From a bacterium (GTDB taxonomy: Bacteria > Electryoneota > JAOADG01), in contig OY820579.1 in NCBI GenBank assembly GCA_963681965.1, forward strand, positions 1,530,882-1,594,881: a DNA stretch of 64,000 nucleotides. Reading direction: 5' to 3'. This document shows positions 1 through 9,325 of this stretch, in pieces (position 1 is the first letter of the stretch; every line of letters begins with the position of its first letter). Made by a program: the position numbers and the translations under genes. The notes below the pieces were generated by a model. That model ran no database searches, had not been told where the DNA came from, and was given only the letters and a program-made list of their open reading frames with translations.

Positions 1-975
1 TGCCGACCATTCAAAGCAAATACCGTGCTGTGATTAAAAGTTGCCGGTCGCCAAGCGTCCCTTCCGGGATGACAGGTTCCGCACTGAGAAGTCGGAAATA
101 TCGTCGGATTGGCGTGATGCGACGGATTGGATGTTGTGTCGTAAGCAGTAGTATGGCAGCGATAACAATCGGTCGGAGTATTCGAATAGGTTCCGTGATG
201 ACAGTCGTTGCAAGCTGCGGTAGCATGTCTTCCCGACAGTGGATAGACGGTTGTGTGGTTGAAATTCGCTTGCGTCCATTGTCCGCCGCTGGTATGACAC
301 GTTCCACACTGCGCGGTTGGAAAGATCGTCGGGTTGGCACTATGCGATGGATTCGACGTCGTATCGTATTCGGTAGTATGACAATGATAACAATTAGTCG
401 GAGTATTCATATAGGTCCCGTGATGACACTCATTGCAGGTAGCGGTAGCGTGTCTTCCCGATAGTGGATAGACGGTTGTATGGTTGAAATTCGCTTGCGT
501 CCATTGTCCACCACTGGTATGACAGGTTCCGCACTGCGCGGTCGGAAATATCGTCGGGTTGGCACTATGCGATGGATTCGACGTCGTGTCGTACTCGGTT
601 CGATGACAAGAGTAGCACACCTGCGAAGTAGTATTATAGTTTCCGTGATGACAATCGTTACAACTTGCCGTGGCGTGTCTGCCTGTTAACGGATACACCG
701 CAGTATGATTGAAATTCGCCTGCGACCATTGTCCACCACTGGTATGACACGTTCCGCACTGAGATGTCGGATAAACCGTCTGATTGGTACGATGTGTTGG
801 ATTAGAGGTTGTATCGTATTCGGTTGTATGACAAGTGTAGCAATCGGATGAAGTTCCTGAATACCGCGTGGTGTGGCAACTATTGCATGCCGTCGGTTGC
901 GGAGATGCATGACGACCGCTTAATGGAAATAAAGTGTGAGCGTAATTCGCTGCAAACCAAGTTTGATCGGCGTCG
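1..975. repeat. Tandem 225-nt (75-codon) repeats inside the cytochrome gene; at least 4 units, cut by the window edge
   Basis: CGTCH motifs start at 69/294/519/744, CY-x-CH at 153/378/603/828 and CN-x-CH at 198/423/648/873. All are spaced by exactly 225 nt, and the translated units are near-identical. Confidence 0.85.
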
Positions 976-3590
976 CTATGGCAGGTTGCACATTGAGTGT
1001 TGAAGCCAGCTAACTGATGGTTTGGATTTGCTGAGCTATTGTAGACAGTCTGATGGCACCCTACGCAATTCGTTTTACGCGAATCAGAAGCTGGCGTTCG
1101 AGTCGTATGGCAATCGATACACAATTTTTGAGCATGCTTCCCTTGAAGTTGGTAATGTGCAACAGTGTTGTGGTCAAATTGCACATTTTGAGTCCAACCG
1201 CCGGTGTTGTGACATGTTCCGCAATTGGTACCGTTCGCCAATCGCCAGAGGTCGGATTGCGTTCTGGTCCAATGACAGGTATAGCAGTCGGTGGGGGTTC
1301 CGGCATACTGATTGTTCAAATGGCACTGAGTGCAAGTAACCTGAGTTGCGTGCCGTCCGGTAAGTGGAAAGTTGGTGTGAGTGAATGTGGTTTGCTCCCA
1401 ACTGGACGCCGATTGTTGATGACAGGTTGTGCAATCGCGGGGATATGTTAGATGAGCAGGATGTTCCGCACCGGCGCGAGTGAAATCGGAGGAATGACAC
1501 CCGTTACATTCTCTTGTCGTTCCGCTATAATGTCCGTTGACATGGCATTGTGTACAAGAAGTATAGGCAAGACTATGTTTTCCGACCAACGCATATGAAG
1601 TGTGGGAAAAATTCTGTGCACGCCAGTCTGGACCGCCATTACGATGACATTGTACACACTCTGTTTTCGCGAATCCGGCAGCAGCATGATTCGGATCCGT
1701 CATCCGATCGTATTCTTTCTGGTGGCAACTGTAGCATTCGGTGGATGCATCGGCAAATCGCTGGGTCTTGTGGCACTCAGTGCAATTTGTGGTCTGATGC
1801 TTATTCTGCAGCGGAAAATTCGTTCGTGTATGAGAGAATTGCAGGTCATTCCATCGCGAGGGTCGATGGCAATCGGTACAGGTTTGCGATAAATACCCTT
1901 GATGCACATCGGTATGACAACGATTGCATTCCATCGGTATTCCGGCATATTTCCCGGAACTATGGCACTGTTTGCAATCTACTGACTGATGTGTCCCTTC
2001 CAGTGGAAAACGGGTCAAGCGATGATTGAAAACTATGCCACTCTTCCAACCCATCGGAGAGTGACATTGTTCGCAATTCTTCCCGAAAGTACCATTGTGG
2101 TGATCGTTTTTCGCGTGGCAATTGTTACAACTTAATTCACTGGCAGCGAATTTGAATTTGCCATCCTTGTGGCATTCGGTACAATTTGTCGTTGCATGTT
2201 TCCCGATCAAAGCAAATTGTGTGGTTGCGTGTTGTGTTACACCGAAATTGGATGGTTTCCAGCTTTGATTGGAATGACATTGAGTACACTGCGAACTTAG
2301 TTGTCCCTTGTGCTGGTCTTTATGGCATCCCAGGCATTCACGTTGCTGTGCGGTAAACGCAAACCGGTTGTCTTTATGGCAATCGTTACAGGCGAGGGTT
2401 GCATGTTTCCCGGCTAATCGAAAATGCGACGTGTCATGCTGCGTTTGGGTAAATGTCGAGGGTTTGAAGTGATCGACCGTATGACAAATCTGGCAATTCG
2501 TCGATAATTGACCTTTGTGTTGATCTTGATGACAACTGTTGCACTTCTTTTGATCGGATGTGAATTTGAATCGGTTTTCCTTATGACATTTATTGCACGC
2601 TTGATCCAGATGTTTTCCTGCCAGTTGAAAACCGGTCTGATTGTGTTTAACGGTAGTATAAAGCGATGGAATAAATTTTGTCTCGTTGTGACACGTCTTG
2701 CAGTCGTTGCCGAGCTGTCCTTGGTGACGGTCGGTATGACAAGCCACGCAGGAACGCTGATTGAGAACTGGTTTTAGTTTTGGATTATGACAGGCATCGC
2801 AACGTAGTAGCGCGTGTGCTTCATTTAACGTAAAACCGGTTTTTGTGTGATCGAAACCGGCTAACTTATTCCATCCACCGGGAGAGTGGCATTCAGTGCA
2901 ATTTTGGTTGAATTTTCCTTTATGTGGATCGTTGTGACAAGACCGGCAGTCCTTGGATAGCGAATTCCACTTGTTTTCCTTATGGCATTGCGCGCAGGCA
3001 ACTTCAACATGTTTTCCTGTTAATTTCCAGGAAGTCTTACTGTGATCAAATTGTGGCGCCGGAGTCTTCCAACCGAGATTGGAGTGACAATCGAGACATC
3101 CTCGTTTTAAATCAGAACCATGTTGATCCTTATGACAACTCAGACATTCGGATTTTAAACCGGAATAGCTGTCTTTTTTCTTATGACATTCGGTACAATT
3201 CAGGGTTTGATGTTTTCCGTCTAATTTCCATCCGGTTTCTTCATGTTTAAATGCTTTGGGGTCCCATCGAATTAACCGTCCACTTACACCGATGTGTTCT
3301 TTATGACATGTTGCGCAATTGCGCGATTGTTTGGCGTGGTATCCACGATTCTTGTCGATACTGGTTCGAATCCCATCATGGCAAGCAAGACAAAGATTCG
3401 TCGATATTCCTTGTTTCCCGGACCCTTCATGACATGCGACGCAATTATTGGAACCCTCCAGCGAGGAGTGAACTTTGGTCAACGGTCCCGGAGAAATAAC
3501 ACTGGCTACGCTGAGTTTTATTGCTACTGCAGATAGCAGCAGTATAGCATAAAACAAGTATACCTTGGATCGGTGGAACGGAGGTTTCAT
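1..3590 (-). CDS. Giant multiheme c-type cytochrome built from cytochrome-c7-like triheme modules. The 3' end runs off the left window edge, and the gene is not in the supplied ORF track.
   Basis: Complement ATG at 3590. The N-terminus MKPPFHRSKVYLFYAILLLSAVAIKLSVASV looks like a signal peptide. I hand-translated 3590->2881, 540->301 and 90->3 with no stop. The track lists no minus-strand ORF in this frame (codon starts = 2 mod 3), as expected for a frame with no stop inside the window. I counted 48 in-frame CXXCH motifs (plus-strand RTG-RCA-N6-RCA, all starting at positions = 0 mod 3), from CVACH at 3429-3443 to CGTCH at 69-83. Modules read F-x-H..G(K/R)H..CxxCH..CxxCH..CxxCH. Confidence 0.9.
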   Translation of the reverse strand, partial: MKPPFHRSKVYLFYAILLLSAVAIKLSVASVISPGPLTKVHSSLEGSNNCVACHEGSGKQGISTNLCLACHDGIRTSIDKNRGYHAKQSRNCATCHKEHIGVSGRLIRWDPKAFKHEETGWKLDGKHQTLNCTECHKKKDSYSGLKSECLSCHKDQHGSDLKRGCLDCHSNLGWKTPAPQFDHSKTSWKLTGKHVEVACAQCHKENKWNSLSKDCRSCHNDPHKGKFNQNCTECHSPGGWNKLAGFDHTKTGFTLNEAHALLRCDACHNPKLKPVLNQRSCVACHTDRHQGQLGNDCKTCHNETKFIPSLYTTVKHNQTGFQLAGKHLDQACNKCHKENRFKFTSDQKKCNSCHQDQHKGQLSTNCQICHTVDHFKPSTFTQTQHDTSHFRLAGKHATLACNDCHKDNRFAFTAQQRECLGCHKDQHKGQLSSQCTQCHSNQSWKPSNFGVTQHATTQFALIGKHATTNCTECHKDGKFKFAASELSCNNCHAKNDHHNGTFGKNCEQCHSPMGWKSGIVFNHRLTRFPLEGTHQSVDCKQCHSSGKYAGIPMECNRCHTDVHQGYLSQTCTDCHRPSRWNDLQFSHTRTNFPLQNKHQTTNCTECHKTQRFADASTECYSCHQKEYDRMTDPNHAAAGFAKTECVQCHRNGGPDWRAQNFSHTSYALVGKHSLAYTSCTQCHVNGHYSGTTRECNGCHSSDFTRAGAEHPAHLTYPRDCTTCHQQSASSWEQTTFTHTNFPLTGRHATQVTCTQCHLNNQYAGTPTDCYTCHWTRTQSDLWRLANGTNCGTCHNTGGWTQNVQFDHNTVAHYQLQGKHAQKLCIDCHTTRTPASDSRKTNCVGCHQTVYNSSANPNHQLAGFNTQCATCHSDADQTWFAANYAHTLFPLSGRHASPQPTACNSCHTTRYSGTSSDCYTCHTTEYDTTSNPTHRTNQTVYPTSQCGTCHTSGGQWSQANFNHTAVYPLTGRHATASCNDCHHGNYNTTSQVCYSCHRTEYDTTSNPSHSANPTIFPTAQCGTCHTSGGQWTQANFNHTTVYPLSGRHATATCNECHHGTYMNTPTNCYHCHTTEYDTTSNPSHSANPTIFPTAQCGTCHTSGGQWTQANFNHTTVYPLSGRHATAACNDCHHGTYSNTPTDCYRCHTTAYDTTSNPSHHANPTIFPTSQCGTCHPGRDAWRPATFNHSTVFALNGR

Positions 3591-3922
3591 ATAACACCAC
3601 GAGCTGATACTGGATTTAGGGATTTAAATGAATGATTATCGTACAAGTAACGAAAAGATCTTCCACTCTGCAACGATTTATGTGATGATTTTGAAATAGA
3701 ATTCATATCATTTAACCGTGAATTCTACAAAACACATGTTAACAAGGTCGTCACTCGTTTTCCGATAGTAAAGAAGATTGAAAACTGTTACTTTGAATTT
3801 GGATTCGTAAAATGCGTGTTATTAATTGTTGATGTTTGTCACTTCAGAATGATGAAGAAATATATTGTATATATGTAATTAATTATTCAAAGTATAAATG
3901 AATATTTGATAGGGAACTGATT

Positions 3923-4621
3923 ATGTCGAAATTCGGACTGCTTGGAACCGCTCACCATCGCGAACCGTGGGAACGCTTTCTTCATGAGTCACAAATTGAA
4001 ACCGTTGCTATCGATCGTGCACCACTCCAATCGTTACACGAATTAGAAGTTGTGATTGTCGTCGATACCGATTTTCGATCATCGGTGTTACAAAAAATTT
4101 GGTTATTCGAAGCGCATATGGATCCAACTGCACCAATCTTTGCGAATCTGGTTGCCAGCAATGCCGCACATCTTGCTGCACTCTGTACGAAGCATCCCGA
4201 ACGTGTTCTGGGGTTTGCCTGTTGTCCGCCATTGGGTAAGTATGCCATCGAAATTTCTCGAACCGAATTGACAAGCGAGACGACTTTTCAAGCGGGTTTG
4301 AACTATCTGGAACAAATGCATCTACCGATACATCTAGTTGCCGATCGTGCCGGAGGGATCTTTTCTCGAACCTTGGCAATGTTAATCAATGAAGCTTGTG
4401 TGATGTTACAGGAAGGAATTGCAGATTCTGATAGCATCGATTGTGCAATTCGCCATGAATCCGATTTGCCGCATGGTGCACTGGATTGGGGTGAAGCGAT
4501 CGGCTCCGCGTATCTTCTAGACGTACTGCAAGGTATTTTCGATGAGACTGGAGATAGTCGTTATCGACCGTCTGCCTACTTAAAGCGTTGTGTCGATCTG
4601 AATATATCGTTGAAGCATTGA
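3923..4621 (+). CDS. 3-hydroxyacyl-CoA dehydrogenase-like protein, probably non-catalytic
   Basis: The C-terminal half (LINEACVMLQEGIADSDSIDCAI...GDSRYRPSAYLKRCV) closely resembles the C-domain of 3-hydroxybutyryl-CoA dehydrogenases. The N-terminus is short and lacks the GxGxxG motif (GLLGTAHH). The HFFNP catalytic-His region reads GFACCPP. Confidence 0.6.
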   Translation: MSKFGLLGTAHHREPWERFLHESQIETVAIDRAPLQSLHELEVVIVVDTDFRSSVLQKIWLFEAHMDPTAPIFANLVASNAAHLAALCTKHPERVLGFACCPPLGKYAIEISRTELTSETTFQAGLNYLEQMHLPIHLVADRAGGIFSRTLAMLINEACVMLQEGIADSDSIDCAIRHESDLPHGALDWGEAIGSAYLLDVLQGIFDETGDSRYRPSAYLKRCVDLNISLKH

Positions 4622-4634
4622 GATTTTGGTAGGA

Positions 4635-5999
4635 TTAAATCGCAGATAAATCGTCAGAAGTCACTTCGGAACTAGGCTTATCCCACAAAATAGTTCCACA
4701 TTTAAGGGCGATGATACGGTTACAGACTGTCATGAGTAATTCATGATCATGACCGGCGATCGCATACCCTCCCGGATGCTGTGCGAGTACTTTCGCAATT
4801 GCGAGACTTCCTGCCGGGTCCAGTGCTGCAGTCGGTTCATCCCACAGCAAAAAAGTATCTTCCGAATGAAGCGTTGCTGCCAATGCCACCCGACGTGCCT
4901 CGCCACCCGAAAGGGAATAGGGATCGCGATGCAGAAACTGTTCCGGTTCCAATCCAAATTTCAGTAGTCGCTCGCTGGCAATCTTTTCGCTTACGACGGG
5001 ATCGGGTCCGCCGATCTCTTCCCGAACATTCATCGTCAGAAATGCTTGTTCCTGAAATTGGAAGGAGAGCGATGTGAGGGGAAATCCGGATGACTTGTCA
5101 ATCCTGCCACGATCCGGTTTCAAGATACTTCCCAACAATGCGAGCAGCGTCGTTTTACCTGCGCCGTTATCGCCAATGATGCCGATCCGCTCGCCAGCGT
5201 TGATCGATAAAGCTGAGATTGTTAGTCGCGGTCGCACTTCGCCTTTAACTTCGATATCAATCAACTCAATTCGTTCTGAGGATGATGAATTGGACTTCGC
5301 TATTGCTGTTATTTCGATGGACAGCGATGGCAATCCCCACTCTGCCCAAGTTGTCTCATCAGTTGGTAAGTCAATAGATGCGCCATTGAAAACAACTTTA
5401 CCATCACGCAATACAACTGTGCGGGGAAACTTGTTTGCTTCTGCGCGTTGCGGTGTAATCCATAGGACGCCACAATTACTCAAAAGAGCATCGGATAATA
5501 ATACTGCCCGGCGACTGGGGGATAGATACATGGCTGGTTCGTCGTAGATTAGTAATTTTGGCGACAGCAAGCGTAACGCTTCGCCAACCACGCTTTGTAA
5601 CTCACCACCGGAGAGTTTTGTTAACTCCCGCTCACCTGATAATGCCAATGATTGAATCGATTTATCGATTTTGTTTGCTACCAATTTGCGATCTGTCGAC
5701 TGTAAATCGAGACCGAATCGTAATTCTTCTTCAACGGTAGTACCTAGTGTCTGTAACGAGGGATTTTGCATCAACAGTTGCACTTCCGCTGGTTCAGGGA
5801 TTTTGTTCCAGCGAACGTATCCGGTCGTCGGTGATAGGACCCCGGCGAGCAGCAGCGCCACTGTCGTTTTTCCGCTACCATTTGCTCCTAATAGCGCTAC
5901 CTTTTCGCCTGGTGCGAGTGCAAGGGTGACATCGTCTAGCCCCGCTGTACCGTTGGGGAGTATGTATCGAACAGATTGCAGTTCGACGTAGGGTACCAT
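4635..5999 (-). CDS. ABC transporter ATP-binding protein with two fused ATPase domains (ECF/CbiO-like)
   Basis: Two Walker A motifs (GANGSGKTT, GDNGAGKTT), two ABC signatures (LSGGELQ, LSGGEARR) and two Walker B motifs (LLIYDEP, FLLWDEP). Confidence 0.8.
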   Translation of the reverse strand: MVPYVELQSVRYILPNGTAGLDDVTLALAPGEKVALLGANGSGKTTVALLLAGVLSPTTGYVRWNKIPEPAEVQLLMQNPSLQTLGTTVEEELRFGLDLQSTDRKLVANKIDKSIQSLALSGERELTKLSGGELQSVVGEALRLLSPKLLIYDEPAMYLSPSRRAVLLSDALLSNCGVLWITPQRAEANKFPRTVVLRDGKVVFNGASIDLPTDETTWAEWGLPSLSIEITAIAKSNSSSSERIELIDIEVKGEVRPRLTISALSINAGERIGIIGDNGAGKTTLLALLGSILKPDRGRIDKSSGFPLTSLSFQFQEQAFLTMNVREEIGGPDPVVSEKIASERLLKFGLEPEQFLHRDPYSLSGGEARRVALAATLHSEDTFLLWDEPTAALDPAGSLAIAKVLAQHPGGYAIAGHDHELLMTVCNRIIALKCGTILWDKPSSEVTSDDLSAI

Positions 6000-6042
6000 T
6001 ATCGGTTCGAGTAATTCGATGGGGAGGTGAGTGAGTAGATCA

Positions 6043-7323
6043 TCATTTCTTCAAAAGAGCTTCGATCCACTGCACAACTCGTTCAGTGGCACCAGCCTCT
6101 TCGGCAATAATTTTCAAGGATGCGTCGGCAGCTCGTTTGCGAGATTCGGGATCGATCAACCACTGCTTGAGCATCTCTTTCCATTCGGAAGCATCGCGAT
6201 CGACTACTATGCCGCCGCCACAATCGGCAAACAGGCGTGCTTCGCGCGACATCGTGATATTGGGTCCGTATAATAGTGGTACTCCGAAGACCGCCGGTTC
6301 GAGCACGCTGTGAACGCCAGCACCGAAACCACCGCCGACCCAAGCAATCGCCGCGCCGCGATAAATCGACGACAATACCCCTTGTACATCGACCAGGAGT
6401 GCATCGGCATCGTTCAATTGCGAAAGACCATTTGAATAGCGGACGACATTGAAACCTGAGTTCTGTAATCGCTGTTCGGCACCCAGGATATGTTCTTCAT
6501 CGCTTTCGTGTGGTACTGCGATCAGTCGGAAAGGAATCTTCGCTTCGCGATAAGTTTCAAGAGCTGAGCAAAGCAACGTTTCGTCCGGTGTCCAACCACT
6601 TCCGAGTACAATTGTCGGAGCTACTTCGCACCATTTTCGCAATGACGGGTCGCGCGCATCGGCTTTTGCTGCAGCCGCTCGAACACGGTCGTAACGGGTA
6701 TCGCCAGTAATACGGATTTCCGTGCGATGACCGATCAAAATGCGAAATCGTGCAGCATCTTCTTTGGCAATCGCGCCGATACCACTGAGCGAACCGAGTA
6801 ACGAACGTTGGAATGATCGCGCGATGGCAATATTGCGACGTGAATCGGTACGGAAATTTCCGCTCTGCAAGATGACCGGAATCTTCCGGTCGCGCGCTTG
6901 CCAAACAAATTCCGGCCAGATATCGTGTTTGGTGATCACAACGGCGAGTGGTTTTGCAGCATCGTAAAACCGTTTAACATCTTTGTGCAAATCGATCGGT
7001 GCCCAATACCACGGAAACCGCGTATTCCCGGTGTTGCTCCGGCGACGGTAAAGCGAGGGTGAACCGACCGTTAGAATTACCGGAAATCCTAATTCTTGCA
7101 TTCGCTCCATCACCGGACGCGCGGCTTCGAATTCACCGACCGAGGCGCAATGGAACACGATACCATTCTGGGGAATATCTTTCCATGTTTCGTTGCGACG
7201 ACCGCTGATTGCTTCTTCCAATTTTCGATCGAAATGCGAACCGAATTTGGCGGCGCCAAACAGAATAGGACCGAGGATGCGCCAAAGCGAGCGCCAAGCG
7301 GGATGTGGTGCGTGTCCGATCAT
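6043..7323 (-). CDS. waaA: 3-deoxy-D-manno-octulosonic acid (Kdo) transferase
   Basis: Typical length (426 aa) and KdtA-type N-terminal motif FHCASVGEFEAARPV. Overlaps the upstream GT9 gene by 4 nt. Confidence 0.8.
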   Translation of the reverse strand: MIGHAPHPAWRSLWRILGPILFGAAKFGSHFDRKLEEAISGRRNETWKDIPQNGIVFHCASVGEFEAARPVMERMQELGFPVILTVGSPSLYRRRSNTGNTRFPWYWAPIDLHKDVKRFYDAAKPLAVVITKHDIWPEFVWQARDRKIPVILQSGNFRTDSRRNIAIARSFQRSLLGSLSGIGAIAKEDAARFRILIGHRTEIRITGDTRYDRVRAAAAKADARDPSLRKWCEVAPTIVLGSGWTPDETLLCSALETYREAKIPFRLIAVPHESDEEHILGAEQRLQNSGFNVVRYSNGLSQLNDADALLVDVQGVLSSIYRGAAIAWVGGGFGAGVHSVLEPAVFGVPLLYGPNITMSREARLFADCGGGIVVDRDASEWKEMLKQWLIDPESRKRAADASLKIIAEEAGATERVVQWIEALLKK

Positions 7324-8324
7324 GGTTCCTGTAACATTGTTGATAACTGGTTATAAACCATCTCTACGCTAATTTCCTTCATGCAGCGATGATGCCCCAA
7401 TGGACAGAATTTACCGCCATGTGCAGAACAGGGACGACACCACAAATTGCGCTCCATCACGATTATCCGAGAACGAAACGGTGCAAATCCAAAAGCCGGA
7501 ATGGTCGGACCGAATAGCGCAATACCCGGTCGATTGGTGCCTGCCGCGATATGCATTGCCGCCGAATCGTTACTGACTATCGCGCGGCAGTGCGAGATCT
7601 CGCTGATCAACTCATCGATCGATAACAGTTTCTTTGGAATGAAATCGGCATCCGAACCAGCACGTTCCTGTTGAATCCGCTTTCTGGCTTCGGCTTCTTC
7701 CGGTCCGAGTATCCAGAAGATGCCATATCCTTTCATTGAAAGCAATCGTGCCAATTCTAACCAGCGATCCAACTGCCACTGTTTGGTATAATGCTTCGAT
7801 CCCGGTGCCAGTCCGATATATTCGCGATCAATTGGTAGGAGTCGTTCGGTTTTATTCTCGGAAAGTACCGGTATTTCCAAACCGCGACTATCGTCGACCA
7901 CACCCCACGATTCAGCAGCACGTAAATACCGCAATGGAACCGGTGGTTCATTATCCAGCCAATGCCCTTTGAAGAGAATCTGCAGTGTTCGCTGCCATCG
8001 TGGTGGTGCTGCTTCCGCTTTATTCGGTGCCGGAATGCCGCGCGCCAATTGCCGCGAGCGACGCGAGGCTTGAAGATCGAGAACGTACTCAACATGTCCG
8101 TAAGAATCAACCCGGTCGATCGGTAGATCTTCGTGTTTCTTCCATGCAATGATAACATCGAGCAGATTGCTCGAATGCCAGATTGGCGCATTTTCCGCTT
8201 TCGTCACCCACATGATGCGATGATTCGGAAACCGGTTGCGCAATCCGCGAAACACCGGACCCAGCAACAGGCAATCGCCTAGCGATGAGAATCGGATCAC
8301 GACGACGATTGGCAGCGGTGGCAT
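7320..8324 (-). CDS. Glycosyltransferase family 9 (LPS heptosyltransferase-like)
   Basis: N-terminal RFSSLGDCLL motif and C-terminal SNDSAAMHIAAG motif, both typical of GT9 ADP-heptose:LPS heptosyltransferases. Confidence 0.75.
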   Translation of the reverse strand: MPPLPIVVVIRFSSLGDCLLLGPVFRGLRNRFPNHRIMWVTKAENAPIWHSSNLLDVIIAWKKHEDLPIDRVDSYGHVEYVLDLQASRRSRQLARGIPAPNKAEAAPPRWQRTLQILFKGHWLDNEPPVPLRYLRAAESWGVVDDSRGLEIPVLSENKTERLLPIDREYIGLAPGSKHYTKQWQLDRWLELARLLSMKGYGIFWILGPEEAEARKRIQQERAGSDADFIPKKLLSIDELISEISHCRAIVSNDSAAMHIAAGTNRPGIALFGPTIPAFGFAPFRSRIIVMERNLWCRPCSAHGGKFCPLGHHRCMKEISVEMVYNQLSTMLQEP

Positions 8325-8329
8325 TGGAA

Positions 8330-9319
8330 TTAGTACTCGCGGGTTACGACAAATTGCACGAACTGGGACAGGCGGTCGCGAGCCGGTCCGGCAGGGGCAT
8401 TGGTTTCAAGGATGTGTTGTGCTTGGTTGGCGTAATCATCGGCGCGTTTTTGTGCCGCATCGATCCCGCCATGATCGGTGACGAAGGCGACAATATCCTT
8501 AATGTCGCGTCGTTTCAAACCGCCGCGAATCCGCCCGACGATGCCGCTAGCATTCGTCTCGCCGGCATTCTGCAAGGCATAGATCAACGGTAGTGTGATC
8601 TTCGAATCTTTGATGTCACCAGCAGTCGGTTTACCGAGTAGACCGCTGCGACCGGAATAGTCGAGAATATCGTCGCGGATCTGGAAGGCGATTCCCAGCG
8701 CTTCGCCGAATGCTTTCCACTGCTCCAGCGGTACATCGGGTCCCGATGTGGTCAATACACCGAGTCGGATGGCACCGGAGATCAGTGCGGCGGTCTTGTC
8801 GGAAATCATCTCGATGTATTCGGCTTCGGAACCGTTCAGGTCGCGTGCTATCGCTGCTTCGTGCAGTTGCCCTTTCGCCATTCGTTTCGCGATTTCAGAC
8901 AACACCGCCAATGCTTCCTGACGATGGAGTTCGATGGTGGCGGCAAGCGATCGTGCCAGTAGAAAATCGCCGAACAACACGCTGATCTTATTGCCCCAAA
9001 CCGCTTTCAGCGAAGCGAAGCCGCGCCGGGTATCGCTGTTGTCGACGACATCGTCGTGAATCAGGGTCGCGCTGTGCAGCAATTCCATTACCAGCGCCGA
9101 TTGAATCGTCGAGGCACTCGGTTCGCCATATACTTTTGCCGAAAGGAAGCAGATTAACGGTCGCAGCCCTTTACCGCGTTGATCGGTAAGATAGCCGATC
9201 ATTTTGTCGATCAGCGGAATTGAACTGGTGAGTGCGTCTTTCCAGCCGGCTTCGAATTCGATAAACTCGTTGGTACATTCGGCGCGAAACGCTTCCAATT
9301 GCTGTTTAGTATCGGACAT
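8330..9319 (-). CDS. Polyprenyl diphosphate synthase (trans-isoprenyl diphosphate synthase, IspB-like)
   Basis: Both aspartate-rich motifs are present: LIHDDVVDNSDTRRG and FQIRDDILDY. Confidence 0.85.
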   Translation of the reverse strand: MSDTKQQLEAFRAECTNEFIEFEAGWKDALTSSIPLIDKMIGYLTDQRGKGLRPLICFLSAKVYGEPSASTIQSALVMELLHSATLIHDDVVDNSDTRRGFASLKAVWGNKISVLFGDFLLARSLAATIELHRQEALAVLSEIAKRMAKGQLHEAAIARDLNGSEAEYIEMISDKTAALISGAIRLGVLTTSGPDVPLEQWKAFGEALGIAFQIRDDILDYSGRSGLLGKPTAGDIKDSKITLPLIYALQNAGETNASGIVGRIRGGLKRRDIKDIVAFVTDHGGIDAAQKRADDYANQAQHILETNAPAGPARDRLSQFVQFVVTREY

Positions 9320-9325
9320 CTTCGA

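Noticed and set aside
3363-3375. GGTTCGAATCCCA string resembling a tRNA T-arm/T-loop
   Set aside because: The flanking bases cannot form the T-stem or an acceptor stem, and the string sits in frame inside the cytochrome gene.
30-3536. About 20 track ORFs of 60-160 aa on the plus strand and in the other two minus frames across the first 3.6 kb
   Set aside because: They overlap one another and are shadows of the single long complement-strand cytochrome frame. Their translations are low-complexity, repeat with the 225-nt period, and contain no recognisable motifs.
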